NCBI GenBank assembly: GCA_024281145.1
Contig: JAMXLN010000124.1
Coordinates: 8,692 to 72,691, forward strand
DNA length: 64,000 nt
DNA from: Hyphomicrobiaceae bacterium
GTDB taxonomy: Bacteria > Pseudomonadota > Alphaproteobacteria > Rhizobiales > Hyphomicrobiaceae
Reading direction: 5' to 3'
Part shown: one piece after another, positions 36,717 to 54,791 of the stretch
How the letters are laid out: the number at the start of each line of letters is the position of its first letter
Numbering within the stretch: position 1 is the stretch's first letter
Program-made: the position numbers and the translations under genes
The notes under the pieces: model-generated
The model's database searches: none
What the model saw: only the letters and a program-made list of their open reading frames with translations
What the model was told of the DNA's origin: nothing

Positions 36717-37034
36717 GAAGGAGGGACATAGGCTTAAGCATGGGCTGAGCAACACTGCCGGGCACGTGCCCGGGTGGGGGGCGACCACACGGGTCTTCCC
36801 CCCGGACCTGTCCGAGATTGCCGGTGCCGGATATCCGGCCTAAGCCTCGCCAGAGGGCCAGCATGAGACGGGAGACGGATTGGCAAAATCGCCGGTCCGC
36901 GCCTCTTGGGTCTGCACCGAGCGTCGCCGACGCGCGGCAAGGGACGGGTAGAAGCGTCGTCGCGAACCGACGGCAAGGTGCAACCCGCGGAAGAACCAGC
37001 GAAGGTTCCATTCCGCGAGATGGAGTGAGCCGAC
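36717..37034 (+). promoter_or_regulatory. 318-nt untranslated rplJ leader (expected site of L10-L12 autoregulation)
   Basis: A long non-coding gap in the position of the known L10 leader. No specific structure was verified. Confidence 0.3.
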
Positions 37035-37565
37035 TTGGATAGAGCACAAAAGCGCGAGCTCGTTTCCAGCCTCAATGAGGCATGGAAAGACAGCGGCGTG
37101 CTGGTTGTTGCCCACTACGCGGGCATGACTGTCGCGCAGATGACCGAGTTTCGCAAGCGCATGAAAGAAGCCGGCGGCGCGGTCAAGGTCGCCAAAAACA
37201 GTCTCGCCATGCTGGCCCTAAAGGGCACCGCTTCAGAGGGCGCGACCGGTCTCCTCAAGGGCCAGACCTGTGTCGCCTACTCGGCCGACCCGGTGAGCGC
37301 GGCACGGGTCTCGGTCAAGTATTCCCGGGAGAACGACAAGCTCGTGATCCTGGGCGGGACGATGGGGGCGACGGTGATGGATGCCAACGCCGTCAAGGCG
37401 CTGGCCGACCTGCCCTCGCTCGACGAGCTGCGAGCCAAACTCATCGGCCTGGTGCAGGCACCAGCAACCAAGATCGCGCGGGTGCTCAAAGAGCCGGGCG
37501 CCAAGCTGGCGCGCGTCTTCCAGGCGCAGGGTGCCAAAGGTGCCGAAGGAGCCAACAGCGCCTAA
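37035..37565 (+). CDS. rplJ: 50S ribosomal protein L10
   Basis: TTG start after GGAG. The sequence [40 protein letters not shown] matches L10. Confidence 0.95.
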   Translation: MDRAQKRELVSSLNEAWKDSGVLVVAHYAGMTVAQMTEFRKRMKEAGGAVKVAKNSLAMLALKGTASEGATGLLKGQTCVAYSADPVSAARVSVKYSRENDKLVILGGTMGATVMDANAVKALADLPSLDELRAKLIGLVQAPATKIARVLKEPGAKLARVFQAQGAKGAEGANSA

Positions 37566-37646
37566 GGCAAGCCAATCACTTGCGCCTGAGCCAAGCTTGA
37601 GGGCGCACAACGAGCAACTGAGTTCAAAGCAAAGGAAGTTCCAGTC

Positions 37647-38018
37647 ATGGCCGATCTTGGAAGAATTGTCGACGACCTCTCGAAGCTGACCGTTTTGGAG
37701 GCGGCGGAGCTCGCCAAACTTCTGGAGGAGAAGTGGGGCGTCTCGGCGGCCGCGCCAGTAGCCGTGGCCTCCGCTCCAGCCGCCGCCGCGCCGGCGGTCG
37801 AGGAGAAGACGGAGTTTGCCGTCGTCCTGAAGTCCAGCGGCGAAAAGAAGATCAACGTCATCAAGGAGGTGCGTGCGATCACGGGCCTCGGCCTCAAGGA
37901 GGCGAAGGACCTGGTGGAAGCCGGGGGTAAGACCGTCAAGGAAGGCGTCAACAAGGAAGAAGCCGCCAAGCTCAAGAAACAGCTCGAGGATCAAGGCGCG
38001 GTGGTGGAGATCAAATAG
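37647..38018 (+). CDS. rplL: 50S ribosomal protein L7/L12
   Basis: Ala-rich hinge, then [24 protein letters not shown]. Confidence 0.97.
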   Translation: MADLGRIVDDLSKLTVLEAAELAKLLEEKWGVSAAAPVAVASAPAAAAPAVEEKTEFAVVLKSSGEKKINVIKEVRAITGLGLKEAKDLVEAGGKTVKEGVNKEEAAKLKKQLEDQGAVVEIK

Positions 38019-38135
38019 CGTTGCGAGGCTTCGTGCCGAACGGGAAAGGCAGCTTCCCGCATCGCGCCGGATCGCCGGAAGGACAGCGGCATTGCAAGCT
38101 CAGGGTCGAGCTTTGCCGGCATAACTGTAAGCAAA

Positions 38136-38159
38136 CCGGCGGGGCACTTGCTCCGCCGG
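38136..38159 (+). terminator. hairpin in the rplL-rpoB spacer (possible attenuator)
   Basis: 9-bp stem ccggcgggg/ctccgccgg (one G-U pair) with a 6-nt loop and no T-tract. A partial terminator is known at this position in E. coli. Confidence 0.3.
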
Positions 38160-38204
38160 GGATATCAACGTCTTCCTTCGCACGACGAAGGACGAGGAGC
38201 GGAA

Positions 38205-41200
38205 ATGGCTGACACCTATAACGGCCGCAAGCGCATCAGAAGGCAGTTCGGTTCGATCGGCGAAGTCGCCGAGATGCCAAACCTCATCGAGGTACAGAAG
38301 AGTTCCTATGACGACTTCCTGATGGTCAAGGAGCCGCCGGGCGGCCGGCCGGACCAGGGGCTGCAGGCCGTGTTCAAGTCGGTGTTCCCGATCTCGGACT
38401 TTTCCGGTCGGGCGACGCTCGACTTCGAGCGCTATGAGTTTGAACCGCCCAAATACGACGTCGACGAATGCCAGCAGCGCGACATGACCTATGCCGCGCC
38501 GCTCAAGGTGAAGCTGCGCCTCATCGTGTTCGACGTGAATGAGGAGACCGGCGCCAGATCCGTCAAGGACGTCAAGGAGCAGGACGTCTACATGGGCGAC
38601 ATGCCGTTCATGACGCCCAACGGGACCTTCATCATCAACGGTACCGAACGCGTGATCGTCAGCCAGATGCACCGTTCGCCTGGCGTCTTCTTCGACCACG
38701 ATCGCGGGCGCACCCACGCCTCCGGCAAGCTGTTGTTCGCCGCTCGCATCATCCCCTATCGCGGGTCCTGGCTCGACTTCGAATTCGATGCCAAGGACAT
38801 CGTCTACGTGCGCATCGATCGGCGCCGCAAGCTGCCGGTCACCACACTGCTCTATGCCTTGGGCATGGATGACGAGGAGATCCTGGCGGCTTTCTACAAG
38901 ACGATTGTCGTCAGGGAGAGCAAGCGCGGCTGGAAGGTGCCGTTCGTGGCCGAGAAGATGCGCGGCATGACGCCCTCCGCCGATCTTGTCGACGCCCGGT
39001 CCGGCGAAGTCGTCGCCAAGGCCGGCGAGAAGATGACGGCCAAGCGCGCACGCGAGTTGGCCGAGGAAGGTCTCAAAGAGGTGCTGTTTAACGCCGAGGA
39101 CTTGGCCGGCAAGTATCTGGCTGAGGACATCGTCAACATGGCGACCGGCCAGATTTACGGCGAGGCCGGCGAGGAGCTCAGCCTCAAGCTGCTCGAGACG
39201 CTGCACGCGGCGAAGATCAAGGAGTTTCCGATCCTCGACATCGACCATGTCACGGTCGGCGCCTTCATTCGCAACACGCTCAACATCGACAAGAACTCAA
39301 ATCACGAGGAAGCGTTGATGGACGTCTACCGGGTCATGCGCCCGGGCGAGCCGCCGACGCTCGACGCCGCGCAGGCCCTGTTCCACGGTCTGTTCTTCGA
39401 TCCGGAACGCTACGACCTCTCGGCGGTCGGCCGCGTCAAGATGAACATGCGGCTGGATCTCAAGACCGAGGACACCGTCCGTACGCTGCTCAAGGAGGAT
39501 ATTCTCGCCGTCATCAAAACGCTCGTGGATCTGCGCGACGGCAAAGGCGAGATCGATGACATCGACCACCTTGGCAACCGGCGCGTGCGCTCGGTCGGCG
39601 AGCTCATGGAAAACCAGTATCGCCTCGGCCTGCTGCGCATGGAACGCGCCATCAAGGAGCGCATGAGCTCCGTCGATATCGACACCGTGATGCCCCAGGA
39701 CCTCATCAACGCCAAGCCCGCCGCGGCCGCGGTGCGCGAATTTTTCGGTTCCTCGCAGCTGTCCCAGTTCATGGACCAGACCAACCCCCTCTCCGAGATC
39801 ACCCACAAGCGGCGGCTGTCCGCGCTCGGGCCGGGCGGGCTCACGCGCGAACGGGCGGGTTTCGAGGTGCGCGACGTGCACCCGACGCATTATGGCCGCA
39901 TCTGCCCGATCGAAACGCCCGAGGGCCCCAACATCGGCCTCATCAACTCGCTCGCCACCTTCGCGCGCGTCAATAAGTACGGCTTCATTGAGAGCCCTTA
40001 TCGCAAGGTGGACAAGGGCAAGGTGACCGACCAGGTGGCCTACCTTTCGGCCATGGAGGAGGCGCGCTATCACGTTGCGCAGGCCAATGCCGAGATCGAT
40101 CCAAAGGGTCGGCTGACCGGCGATCTCATCACCTGTCGCTACCAGGGCGACGTGCTGCTGGTGGCCCCCGACAAGGTTGATTATATCGACGTGTCGCCCA
40201 AGCAGCTCGTCTCCGTCGCCGCGGCGCTGATCCCATTTCTGGAGAATGACGACGCCAACCGAGCCCTGATGGGCTCGAACATGCAGCGCCAGGCCGTGCC
40301 TCTCATCAAGGCGGAGGCGCCGCTGGTCGGCACCGGCATGGAGGAGGTGGTGGCGCGCGACTCCGGCGCCGCCATCGCCGCGCGCCGCACCGGTATCATC
40401 GACCAAGTGGATGCCACCCGCATCGTCATCCGGGCGACCGAGGAGACCGATCCCTCCAAGCCTGGCGTCGACATCTACCGGTTGCGCAAGTTCCAGCGCT
40501 CCAACCAGAACACCTGCATCAACCAGCGGCCGTTGGTGACGGTCGGCGATCAGGTGAAGGTCGGCGAGATCATCGCCGACGGCCCCTCAACGGACCTAGG
40601 CGACCTGGCGCTCGGCAAGAACGTGCTCGTCGCCTTCATGCCCTGGATGGGCTACAACTTCGAGGATAGCATCCTGCTCTCCGAACGCGTGGTATTCGAC
40701 GACGTCTTCACCTCGATCCATATTGAGGAATTCGAGGTGATGGCACGTGACACCAAGCTTGGCCCCGAAGAGATCACCCGCGACATTCCCAACGTTTCGG
40801 AGGAGGCGTTGCGCAATCTCGACGAGGCGGGCATCGTCTTCATCGGCGCCGAGGTCAATCCCGGCGACATCCTCGTTGGTAAGATCACGCCGAAGGGCGA
40901 GAGCCCGATGACGCCGGAGGAGAAGCTCCTGCGCGCCATCTTCGGCGAGAAGGCCTCCGACGTACGCGACACGTCACTGCGACTGCCCCCGGGCGTCAAC
41001 GGCACGGTGGTGGAAGTGCGCGTGTTCAATCGCCACGGGGTGGAGAAAGACGAGCGCGCGATGGCCATCGAGCGCGAGGAGATCGAACGGCTGGCCAAGG
41101 ACCGCGACGACGAGCTGCAGATCCTCGACCGCAACGTCTATGCGCGCCTCAAATCGGCGCTGTTGGGCAAGGAAGCGGCCAAGGGTCCGAAGAACGCGCG

Positions 41201-42362
41201 CAAGGGCACCATCATCTCCGAGCAGGTGCTGAGCGAACTCCCGCGCAGCCAATGGTGGGAGATCGGTCTCGCCGACGAGGCCGCCATGGCCGAAGTGGAG
41301 GCCATCAACAAGCAATACGAAGACGCCAAAAAAAGCCTCGAGCGACGCTTCGTCGACAAGGTCGACAAGTTGCAGCGTGGCGATGAATTGCCCCCAGGCG
41401 TCATGAAGATGGTCAAGGTGTTCGTGGCCGTGAAGCGCAAGATCCAGCCGGGCGATAAGATGGCCGGCCGCCACGGCAATAAGGGTGTGGTGTCCATGAT
41501 CGTGCCGGTCGAGGACATGCCCTATCTGGAGGATGGCACCCACGTCGACGTGGTGCTCAATCCGTTGGGCGTGCCGAGCCGCATGAACGTCGGACAGATC
41601 TTGGAGACGCATTTGGGCTGGGCCTGCCGCGGCCTCGGCCGTGCCATCGACGAGGCACTGCAGAAGTTCCATGAGGAAGGTCACGCCAAGGTGCTGCGCG
41701 AGGCGGTATCGGAGATCTACGGCAAGGACGGCGGCGTTAGCCGGATGAAGGATGCCGATCTCGTGGCCCTGAGCGAGAAGCTGAAGGACGGGGTTCCCGT
41801 GGCGACGCCGGTGTTCGACGGGGCCCGCGAGCCCGACATCGTGGCCCTGCTGCAGAAGGCGGGCTTCGATACGACCGGCCAGGTGACACTCTTCGATGGG
41901 CGCACCGGCGAGCCGTTCGATCGCCAGGTGACGGTCGGCTACAAGTACCTCTTGAAGCTCCACCACCTCGTGGACGACAAGATCCACGCCCGCTCGATCG
42001 GACCCTACAGCCTCGTCACCCAACAGCCGCTGGGAGGCAAGGCCCAATTCGGTGGCCAGCGTTTCGGGGAGATGGAGGTGTGGGCGCTCGAGGCCTACGG
42101 CGCCGCCTACACGCTGCAAGAAATGTTGACCGTCAAGTCCGATGACGTGGCCGGCCGCACCAAGGTGTACGAAGCCATCGTGCGCGGTGACGATGCGTTC
42201 GAAGCCGGTATTCCCGAGAGCTTCAACGTGCTCGTCAAGGAGATGCGCGCGCTCGGTCTCAACGTCGAACTGGTCAATACCGAAACTTCCGCCGCTACCG
42301 AAGAGCCGCCGAAGGAGCCGGCAGTGGAGCGGCCGCGGCTTCCGCCGGCAGCTGCCGAGTAG
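38205..42362 (+). CDS. rpoB: DNA-directed RNA polymerase subunit beta
   Basis: [16 protein letters not shown]... with full-length conserved RpoB blocks. The start is the ATG at 38205 after GAGGAG. Confidence 0.98.
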   Translation: MADTYNGRKRIRRQFGSIGEVAEMPNLIEVQKSSYDDFLMVKEPPGGRPDQGLQAVFKSVFPISDFSGRATLDFERYEFEPPKYDVDECQQRDMTYAAPLKVKLRLIVFDVNEETGARSVKDVKEQDVYMGDMPFMTPNGTFIINGTERVIVSQMHRSPGVFFDHDRGRTHASGKLLFAARIIPYRGSWLDFEFDAKDIVYVRIDRRRKLPVTTLLYALGMDDEEILAAFYKTIVVRESKRGWKVPFVAEKMRGMTPSADLVDARSGEVVAKAGEKMTAKRARELAEEGLKEVLFNAEDLAGKYLAEDIVNMATGQIYGEAGEELSLKLLETLHAAKIKEFPILDIDHVTVGAFIRNTLNIDKNSNHEEALMDVYRVMRPGEPPTLDAAQALFHGLFFDPERYDLSAVGRVKMNMRLDLKTEDTVRTLLKEDILAVIKTLVDLRDGKGEIDDIDHLGNRRVRSVGELMENQYRLGLLRMERAIKERMSSVDIDTVMPQDLINAKPAAAAVREFFGSSQLSQFMDQTNPLSEITHKRRLSALGPGGLTRERAGFEVRDVHPTHYGRICPIETPEGPNIGLINSLATFARVNKYGFIESPYRKVDKGKVTDQVAYLSAMEEARYHVAQANAEIDPKGRLTGDLITCRYQGDVLLVAPDKVDYIDVSPKQLVSVAAALIPFLENDDANRALMGSNMQRQAVPLIKAEAPLVGTGMEEVVARDSGAAIAARRTGIIDQVDATRIVIRATEETDPSKPGVDIYRLRKFQRSNQNTCINQRPLVTVGDQVKVGEIIADGPSTDLGDLALGKNVLVAFMPWMGYNFEDSILLSERVVFDDVFTSIHIEEFEVMARDTKLGPEEITRDIPNVSEEALRNLDEAGIVFIGAEVNPGDILVGKITPKGESPMTPEEKLLRAIFGEKASDVRDTSLRLPPGVNGTVVEVRVFNRHGVEKDERAMAIEREEIERLAKDRDDELQILDRNVYARLKSALLGKEAAKGPKNARKGTIISEQVLSELPRSQWWEIGLADEAAMAEVEAINKQYEDAKKSLERRFVDKVDKLQRGDELPPGVMKMVKVFVAVKRKIQPGDKMAGRHGNKGVVSMIVPVEDMPYLEDGTHVDVVLNPLGVPSRMNVGQILETHLGWACRGLGRAIDEALQKFHEEGHAKVLREAVSEIYGKDGGVSRMKDADLVALSEKLKDGVPVATPVFDGAREPDIVALLQKAGFDTTGQVTLFDGRTGEPFDRQVTVGYKYLLKLHHLVDDKIHARSIGPYSLVTQQPLGGKAQFGGQRFGEMEVWALEAYGAAYTLQEMLTVKSDDVAGRTKVYEAIVRGDDAFEAGIPESFNVLVKEMRALGLNVELVNTETSAATEEPPKEPAVERPRLPPAAAE

Positions 42363-42482
42363 CGCCAGACTTTGCCCTCTTCCCGGCTCGGGGGGAGGGC
42401 AGCCAGCCCCCGCAGGGGTTGGCGATGAACAGTGCAATCGAAGGGATGTCGTGGCCCCGCGCCCTTCCAGGAGAGAGAGCCG

Positions 42483-46721
<4,239 letters not shown>

Positions 46722-46732
46722 GCGCCGCGTCC

Positions 46733-46759
46733 CGGCCCGCGCCATGCGCGCGGGCCGGC
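46733..46759. terminator. GC-rich hairpin between the convergent rpoC and oxidoreductase genes
   Basis: Perfect 11-bp stem ccggcccgcgc/gcgcgggccgg with a 5-nt loop and no T-tract. Confidence 0.5.
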
Positions 46760-46787
46760 GAGCTGGGGAGCGAGCTGGGGGTTGGGT

Positions 46788-47822
46788 CTAGCCCACCTCC
46801 AGCACGACCTTGCCGATGGTCGTTCCGCTCTCAAGCTGGGCGTGGGCGTGCCGCAGGCTGGCCGCGCTGAGCGGCCCCAGGTTGGTCACCATCGTCGTGC
46901 GCAGGAGGCCGCCCTCCACCAGGTCGGCAACCTCATCCAGCAGCCGGTGCTGCTCGATCATGTCCGGGGTAGCGAAGCTGGCGCGGGTGAACATCAGCTC
47001 CGGATGGATGCTGACGGACTTGGGCCACAGCGCGGCCACGTCAAAGGCCCGAAGAGAGTCGACCCCCTCGATCAAGCCGAGGCGGCCGAGCGGCGCGATG
47101 ACCTCGAGGATCTGCGCGGCATTGCGCTCTGTGCCAGTGAGCGCAAGCACGATGTCGACGCTGGCAAAGCCCGCAGCCCTCAGCTGCGGGGCGAACGGCT
47201 GGGTGTGATCGATCACGTGCTGGGCGCCGAGGCCCTCGACCCAGGCATGCGTCTGCGGGCGCGACGCGGTGGCAATGACGGTGAGGCCCGTGAGCTTGCG
47301 CGCAAGCTGGATGGCGATCGAGCCAACCCCACCCGCGCCACCAACGACCAGCAGCGAGCGCCGGTCGGCTCCCTCACCGCGCTTTACGCCGATGCGCTCG
47401 AACAACAACTCCCAGGCCGTGATGGTGGTGAGCGGCAGGGCGGCGGCTTGCGCAAAGCCGATCGACTTCGGCTTGCGGCCGACGATGCGCTCATCCACCA
47501 AATGAAACGGGGCGTTGGTGCCAGGCCGATTGATGTTGCCAGCATAGTAGACGTGGTCGCCCGGCTTAAACAGGCTGCAGTCGCGGCCAACCGCCTCGAC
47601 GATGCCAGCAGCGTCCCACCCTAGAATGACGGGTTCGGCTGCGGTGCCCTGCTTGCGCATCCGCACCTTGACGTCGACGGGGTTGACGGAAATGGCCTTC
47701 ACGCGCACCAAGAGGTCTCGTTCACCGGGGCGCGGTGTGCGCGTCTCGAACTCAAAAAGGGACCGCTCCTGCGTTATCGGCAGACTGGCCGCATAGCCAA
47801 CCGCCACCATCTTCGCTGCCAT
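46788..47822 (-). CDS. zinc-type alcohol dehydrogenase / quinone oxidoreductase (MDR superfamily)
   Basis: 344 aa with a GroES-like N-domain (...ISVNPVDVKVR...) and Rossmann motif LLVVGGAGGVGSIAIQLA. Confidence 0.85.
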   Translation of the reverse strand: MAAKMVAVGYAASLPITQERSLFEFETRTPRPGERDLLVRVKAISVNPVDVKVRMRKQGTAAEPVILGWDAAGIVEAVGRDCSLFKPGDHVYYAGNINRPGTNAPFHLVDERIVGRKPKSIGFAQAAALPLTTITAWELLFERIGVKRGEGADRRSLLVVGGAGGVGSIAIQLARKLTGLTVIATASRPQTHAWVEGLGAQHVIDHTQPFAPQLRAAGFASVDIVLALTGTERNAAQILEVIAPLGRLGLIEGVDSLRAFDVAALWPKSVSIHPELMFTRASFATPDMIEQHRLLDEVADLVEGGLLRTTMVTNLGPLSAASLRHAHAQLESGTTIGKVVLEVG

Positions 47823-48132
47823 GGCTCACCCCATTGCTGACGTTTGGCCGGCACGCCGCGTGCCGTGAGGCCTCGGGCGCCGCGCCAGCTGCAAATTAAG
47901 CCGCGGCTTGAGCGCTGCAAGATGCAACGGCGGGGCCATTGCCCCAGGACGCCGGTACGCCCGCCGGGTGCGTAAGGGTAGGGCCGTGGCATTCGACACC
48001 ATCCAGGGGGCAAAGCGCGTTGGCCCTGGCGGGCGTCCCGGCGCCTCTGCGGTGCCGAGGGGGATGGCGCGGGCACCCGCCCCCGCCCATTGACGCGCGC
48101 GAAATATTTCTCAGGCGCCGGCTAAGCAGGTG

Positions 48133-48160
48133 TTGACCGGGCGAGACGGGCTCGTATATA
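48133..48160 (+). promoter_or_regulatory. putative str-operon promoter: TTGACC-16 nt-TATATA
   Basis: Consensus-like hexamers ~235 nt upstream of the rpsL ATG. Confidence 0.4.
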
Positions 48161-48396
48161 ACGCGCCCACTCTCACGGCAGGCGGTAGGCCGTTGCTGTG
48201 GTGCGGGATCAAACCCGCCCTGGCCTAGACGCTGTCGTCGTCAAGCAGAGGACATTTCGGGCCAAGATCCGCAAGGTCGCGTCGGCGATCCGAGCGGATC
48301 CTCTGGAATTGGAGCCGGGGGCTAACGTCGCGCCTCGGCGGCGGGTTTTGGCGCACAGTCTTGAGCTGTGCGCCGACGAACAGGTGGATGCGGCAG

Positions 48397-48768
48397 ATGC
48401 CGACGATACAACAGCTGGTCCGCAAGCCGCGGATACAGAAAGTCTACCGCGAGAAGGCACGGCACATGCAGTCGTGTCCGCAAAAGCGCGGCGTCTGCAC
48501 ACGCGTTTATACAACGACGCCGAAGAAGCCCAATTCGGCGCTGCGCAAGGTTGCCAAGGTACGGCTCACCAACGGGTTTGAGGTGATCGGCTACAGCCCC
48601 GGCGAGGGCCATAACCTGCAAGAGCACTCGGTGGTGATGATCCGCGGCGGCCGCGTCAAGGACCTCCCTGGGGTGCGCTACCACATCATCCACGGCGTGC
48701 TCGACACGCAAGGCGTGGCCGACCGCAAGCAGAGGCGCTCAAAATACGGAGCAAAGCGACCCAAGTAA
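48397..48768 (+). CDS. rpsL: 30S ribosomal protein S12
   Basis: [12 protein letters not shown] ... [23 protein letters not shown]. Confidence 0.97.
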   Translation: MPTIQQLVRKPRIQKVYREKARHMQSCPQKRGVCTRVYTTTPKKPNSALRKVAKVRLTNGFEVIGYSPGEGHNLQEHSVVMIRGGRVKDLPGVRYHIIHGVLDTQGVADRKQRRSKYGAKRPK

Positions 48769-48825
48769 TGGGTCGTTTGCGTTTTACGGACACTCTTTGG
48801 CATCGAGGCTAGAGGAAGAACAAAC

Positions 48826-49296
48826 ATGTCGCGCCGGCACAGAGCTGAGAGACGCGAGGTCAACCCGGACCCGAAGTTCGGCGACGTGGTGGTGTCCAAG
48901 TTCATGAACTCGATCATGCGCGAGGGCAAGAAGTCGGTGGCCGAAAACATCGTCTACGGCGCGCTCGATCGCATGCAGAGCCGCGCCAAGTCGGACCCGA
49001 TCGGGCTCTTCCACTCGGCCCTTGAGAATGTCATGCCGGCCGTGGAGGTCCGCTCGCGCCGGGTCGGCGGCGCCACCTATCAGGTGCCGGTCGAGGTGCG
49101 CCCCGAGCGGCGCCAGGCTCTGGCCATTCGCTGGCTGATCGCGGCCGCGCGCAGCCGCAACGAAAACACCATGGAGGAGCGGCTCTCGGGCGAGCTCCTC
49201 GATGCTGCGAACAACCGCGGCACGGCGGTGAAGAAACGGGAGGATACGCACAAGATGGCAGAGGCGAACCGCGCCTTCTCCCATTACCGCTGGTGA
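48826..49296 (+). CDS. rpsG: 30S ribosomal protein S7
   Basis: [20 protein letters not shown] ... [14 protein letters not shown]. Confidence 0.97.
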   Translation: MSRRHRAERREVNPDPKFGDVVVSKFMNSIMREGKKSVAENIVYGALDRMQSRAKSDPIGLFHSALENVMPAVEVRSRRVGGATYQVPVEVRPERRQALAIRWLIAAARSRNENTMEERLSGELLDAANNRGTAVKKREDTHKMAEANRAFSHYRW

Positions 49297-49310
49297 ACGG
49301 AACTGCACTC

Positions 49311-51386
<2,076 letters not shown>

Positions 51387-51479
51387 GTGTGCCAACCGCG
51401 CGAGGAAGAGAGGCGCAACGAAGAAGACGAGTTGGTCCCGGCAATGGGTCGGGCGTTCGAGGACTGAAGGAGAGCCGCA

Positions 51480-52688
51480 ATGGCCAAGGCGAAATTTGAT
51501 CGTACGAAGCCGCACTGCAACGTTGGCACGATTGGCCACGTGGACCACGGCAAGACCACGTTGACGGCAGCGCTGACGCGCGTAAGCGCGGACCGCGGCT
51601 GGACGACGACGGCTGTGTCCTATGACCAGGTGGCCAAGGCTTCGGAAAGCCAGGGGCGGCGCGATCCGACCAAGATCCTGACGATTGCCACGAGCCACGT
51701 GGAGTATTCGACCGACAAGCGCCACTATGCGCACGTGGATTGCCCAGGCCACGCGGACTACGTGAAGAACATGATCACCGGAGCGGCGCAGATGGATGGC
51801 GCCATCTTGGTGGTGAGCGCTGTGGACGGGCCCATGCCGCAGACGCGTGAGCATATCCTGCTCGCTCGGCAGGTGGGTGTTCCCTACATCGTCGTGTTTC
51901 TCAACAAGTGCGACGCGGTTGACGATCCCGAGCTCATCGAGCTGGTCGAGATGGAGGTGCGTGAACTGCTCTCCAAGTATCAGTTCCCTGGCGACGACGT
52001 GCCGATCATCCGCGGTGCCGCGATCAAGGCGCTGAACGGGGAGAAGGGGCCGTTGGCCGATGAGGCGATCTTGAAGCTGTTCGAGGCGCTCGACACCTAT
52101 ATCCCGCTGCCGGAGCGCCCAAAGGACCAGCCCTTCCTGATGCCGATCGAGGACGTGTTCTCCATCTCGGGGCGCGGCACGGTGGTGACGGGTCGCATCG
52201 AGCGCGGCACCATTAAGGTAGGCGAAGAAGTGGAAATCGTCGGCATTCGCGACACGCAGAAGAGCGTGGTGACGGGCGTCGAGATGTTCCGCAAGCTGCT
52301 CGATGCCGGCGAGGCGGGCGACAACGTCGGCTGCCTGTTGCGCGGCATCGACAAGACGGCGGTGGAGCGCGGTCAGGTCTTGTGCAAGCCAGGCTCCATC
52401 AAGCCGCACAAGAAGTTCAAGGCCGAAGCCTATATTCTCACCAAGGAGGAAGGCGGTCGGCATACGCCGTTCTTCACCAACTATCGTCCGCAGTTCTATT
52501 TCCGCACGACCGACGTCACAGGCGTGGTCGCCCTGCCCGAGGGCACGGAGATGGTGATGCCTGGGGACAACGTGGCCGTGACGATTGAGCTCATCACGCC
52601 GATCGCCATGGAGGAGAAGCTTCGCTTCGCCATCCGGGAGGGCGGTCGAACCGTGGGTGCCGGGGTCGTCACCTCGATCATCGAATAA
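51480..52688 (+). CDS. tuf: elongation factor Tu (with an atypical switch-I segment, see findings)
   Basis: [39 protein letters not shown] and NKCD are present, and the C-terminal domains are canonical. It is 402 aa, several residues longer than typical EF-Tu as I recall it. Confidence 0.93.
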   Translation: MAKAKFDRTKPHCNVGTIGHVDHGKTTLTAALTRVSADRGWTTTAVSYDQVAKASESQGRRDPTKILTIATSHVEYSTDKRHYAHVDCPGHADYVKNMITGAAQMDGAILVVSAVDGPMPQTREHILLARQVGVPYIVVFLNKCDAVDDPELIELVEMEVRELLSKYQFPGDDVPIIRGAAIKALNGEKGPLADEAILKLFEALDTYIPLPERPKDQPFLMPIEDVFSISGRGTVVTGRIERGTIKVGEEVEIVGIRDTQKSVVTGVEMFRKLLDAGEAGDNVGCLLRGIDKTAVERGQVLCKPGSIKPHKKFKAEAYILTKEEGGRHTPFFTNYRPQFYFRTTDVTGVVALPEGTEMVMPGDNVAVTIELITPIAMEEKLRFAIREGGRTVGAGVVTSIIE

Positions 52689-52701
52689 AGGGAGAAGGAA
52701 A

Positions 52702-52730
52702 AAGGAGCGCTCGGCTGAGGAGCGCTCCTT
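52702..52730 (+). terminator. hairpin after tuf (terminator/attenuator before the S10 operon)
   Basis: Perfect 11-bp stem aaggagcgctc/gagcgctcctt with a 7-nt loop, followed by a weak T-tract (TTGACTTTC). Confidence 0.5.
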
Positions 52731-52751
52731 GACTTTCAAGAGGGTACGTCG

Positions 52752-53060
52752 ATGCAAAGCCAAAACATAAGAATAAGGCTCAAGGCCTTCGACCATCGCG
52801 TGCTCGATGCGTCCACGCGCGAGATCGTCAACACGGCGAAACGAACGGGTGCTGAGGTGCGCGGGCCGATCCCGCTGCCGACCCGTATCGAACGCTTCAC
52901 CGTGAACCGCTCGCCGCATATCGATAAGAAGAGCCGGGAGCAGTTCGAAATGCGCACGCACAAGCGCCTGCTCGACATCGTCGACCCGACACCACAGACG
53001 GTCGATGCCCTGATGAAGCTCGATCTGGCGGCCGGTGTGGACGTCGAAATCAAGCTTTGA
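52752..53060 (+). CDS. rpsJ: 30S ribosomal protein S10
   Basis: [14 protein letters not shown]...GPIPLPT...[14 protein letters not shown]. Confidence 0.97.
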   Translation: MQSQNIRIRLKAFDHRVLDASTREIVNTAKRTGAEVRGPIPLPTRIERFTVNRSPHIDKKSREQFEMRTHKRLLDIVDPTPQTVDALMKLDLAAGVDVEIKL

Positions 53061-53127
53061 ACAAAGTTGCGGGGACGCGGTGGCCAATGGGCTCTTGGCA
53101 TCCCCGACGCACGAGAGGATACGGAAC

Positions 53128-53865
53128 ATGCGTTCCGGAGTGATAGCGCAGAAGGTGGGCATGACCCGCGTCTTCACGGAGGCCGGTGAACACGTGCCGG
53201 TGACCGTGCTGAGGTTGGACAAAGTCCAGGTGTTGGCGCACCGCACCGACGAGAAAAACGGCTATACCGCGCTGCAGCTGGGCGCCGGCAGTCGCAAGGT
53301 GAGCCGCGTCACGCGTGCCGAGCGGGGCAGCTTTGCCGTGTCAAGAGTGGAGCCCAAGCGCACGCTCGCCGAATTCCGCGTGAGCCCGGACAATCTGATC
53401 GAGGTGGGTGCCCAAATCACCGCCGACCACTTCGTCAAGGGCCAGCACGTCGACGTGACGGGGACCAATCAGGGCAAGGGCTTTCAAGGCCCGATGAAGC
53501 GGTGGAACTTTGGTGGCCTGCGCGCCACGCACGGCGTGTCGGTCACCCATCGCAGTCACGGCTCCACCGGCCAGCGCCAAGACCCCGGCAAAGTCTTCAA
53601 GGGCAAGAAGATGGCCGGCCATATGGGCAATATGCGGGTCACCACGCTCAATCTCGAGGTGGTAGAGACGGACAAGGAGCGCGGACTGGTGCTGGTGCGG
53701 GGTGCCGTGCCAGGCACCAAGGGTGGCTGGGTATTGGTGCGCGATGCGGTCAAGCGAGCGCTGCCCAAGGAGGCGCCGAAGCCGGGCTCGTTCCGCAAGG
53801 CCGAGGCCGCCCACGCCGGCGCCGGTGCGCCGCCCGCCCAAGAGCCAGCGGAGCAGAAACCATGA
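53128..53865 (+). CDS. rplC: 50S ribosomal protein L3
   Basis: [16 protein letters not shown]... and [15 protein letters not shown]. It has an Ala/Pro-rich C-terminal tail. Confidence 0.96.
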   Translation: MRSGVIAQKVGMTRVFTEAGEHVPVTVLRLDKVQVLAHRTDEKNGYTALQLGAGSRKVSRVTRAERGSFAVSRVEPKRTLAEFRVSPDNLIEVGAQITADHFVKGQHVDVTGTNQGKGFQGPMKRWNFGGLRATHGVSVTHRSHGSTGQRQDPGKVFKGKKMAGHMGNMRVTTLNLEVVETDKERGLVLVRGAVPGTKGGWVLVRDAVKRALPKEAPKPGSFRKAEAAHAGAGAPPAQEPAEQKP

Positions 53866-54482
53866 AAGCCGCCGTCAAGACGCTCGATGCCGAGAGCGCC
53901 GGCGAGGTGGAGCTCAGCGATGCCATCTTCGGGCTCGAGCCGCGCAAGGATCTGATCCACCGCATGGTGCGCTATCAGCTCTTGAAGCGCATGGCCGGCA
54001 CGCATCACGTGCAAGACCGGTCGGAAGTCACCGTCACGGGCAAGAAGATGTACAGGCAGAAGGGCACGGGCAACGCCCGTCATGGCGACAAGTCGGTGCC
54101 CCAGTGGCGCGGCGGCGGCAAGGTGTTCGGCCCCAAACCCAGAAGCCATGCCATCGATCTGCCCAAGAAGGTGCGCGCGCTGGCTTTGAAGCACGCGCTC
54201 TCCGCCAAGGCCAAGGCGGGCGAGATCGTGGTACTCGACAGAGCGGTATCGAGCGACGGCAAGACCAAGGGCCTCAGAGAGCGGTTCGGCAAGCTCGCGC
54301 TCACCAACGCGCTCATCATCGATGGGAGCGAAATTGAGCCCTCCTTCGCGCTCGCGGCTCGCAACATCCCCAACATCGATGTGCTGCCGGTGCAAGGCAT
54401 CAACGTCTACGACATTCTCCGCCGCAAGAGCCTGGTCCTCACCAAGGCGGCCGTGGAGGCGCTGGAGGCGCGCTTCAAATGA
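53862..54482 (+). CDS. rplD: 50S ribosomal protein L4
   Basis: ATGA overlap with rpl[26 protein letters not shown] signature. Confidence 0.96.
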   Translation: MKAAVKTLDAESAGEVELSDAIFGLEPRKDLIHRMVRYQLLKRMAGTHHVQDRSEVTVTGKKMYRQKGTGNARHGDKSVPQWRGGGKVFGPKPRSHAIDLPKKVRALALKHALSAKAKAGEIVVLDRAVSSDGKTKGLRERFGKLALTNALIIDGSEIEPSFALAARNIPNIDVLPVQGINVYDILRRKSLVLTKAAVEALEARFK

Positions 54483-54778
54483 GCAAGAAGCGGAAGGATG
54501 CGCACGATATCATTCGTGCCCCCGTCATTACCGAGAAATCGACGCTGCTCTCGGAGCACAACCAGGTGATTTTCAAGGTGGCGCGCGATGCCTCCAAGCC
54601 GGAGATCAAGGCCGCGGTTGAGCGGCTGTTCAATGTGAAGGTGAGGGCGATCAATACGCAGGTGCGCAAGGGCAAGAAGAAAACGTTCAAGAATATTCGC
54701 GCGCTTCTGAGCGACACCAAACGCGCGATCGTGACCCTCGAAGAGGGTCATTCGATCGATGTGACGACCGGGCTGTGA
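54479..54778 (+). CDS. rplW: 50S ribosomal protein L23
   Basis: ATGA overlap with rpl[13 protein letters not shown]...FKV signature. Confidence 0.96.
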   Translation: MSKKRKDAHDIIRAPVITEKSTLLSEHNQVIFKVARDASKPEIKAAVERLFNVKVRAINTQVRKGKKKTFKNIRALLSDTKRAIVTLEEGHSIDVTTGL

Positions 54779-54791
54779 CGGGGAGGCAGCG

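Noticed and set aside
38100-42437. Series of long minus-strand ORFs (38100-39248, 39297-40406, 40974-42437) inside rpoB.
   Set aside because: This is the same antisense artefact. rpoB on the plus strand is full length and conserved, and the antisense products are low-complexity.
51640-51680. Explaining the odd EF-Tu loop as a simple sequencing frameshift, because the +1 frame reads KARG.
   Set aside because: The +1 frame reaches a stop after [11 protein letters not shown]. Returning to ...[11 protein letters not shown] would need at least two indels (roughly -5 and +17 nt by my alignment). A single error therefore cannot restore a canonical protein. The idea is kept as a caveat inside the finding.
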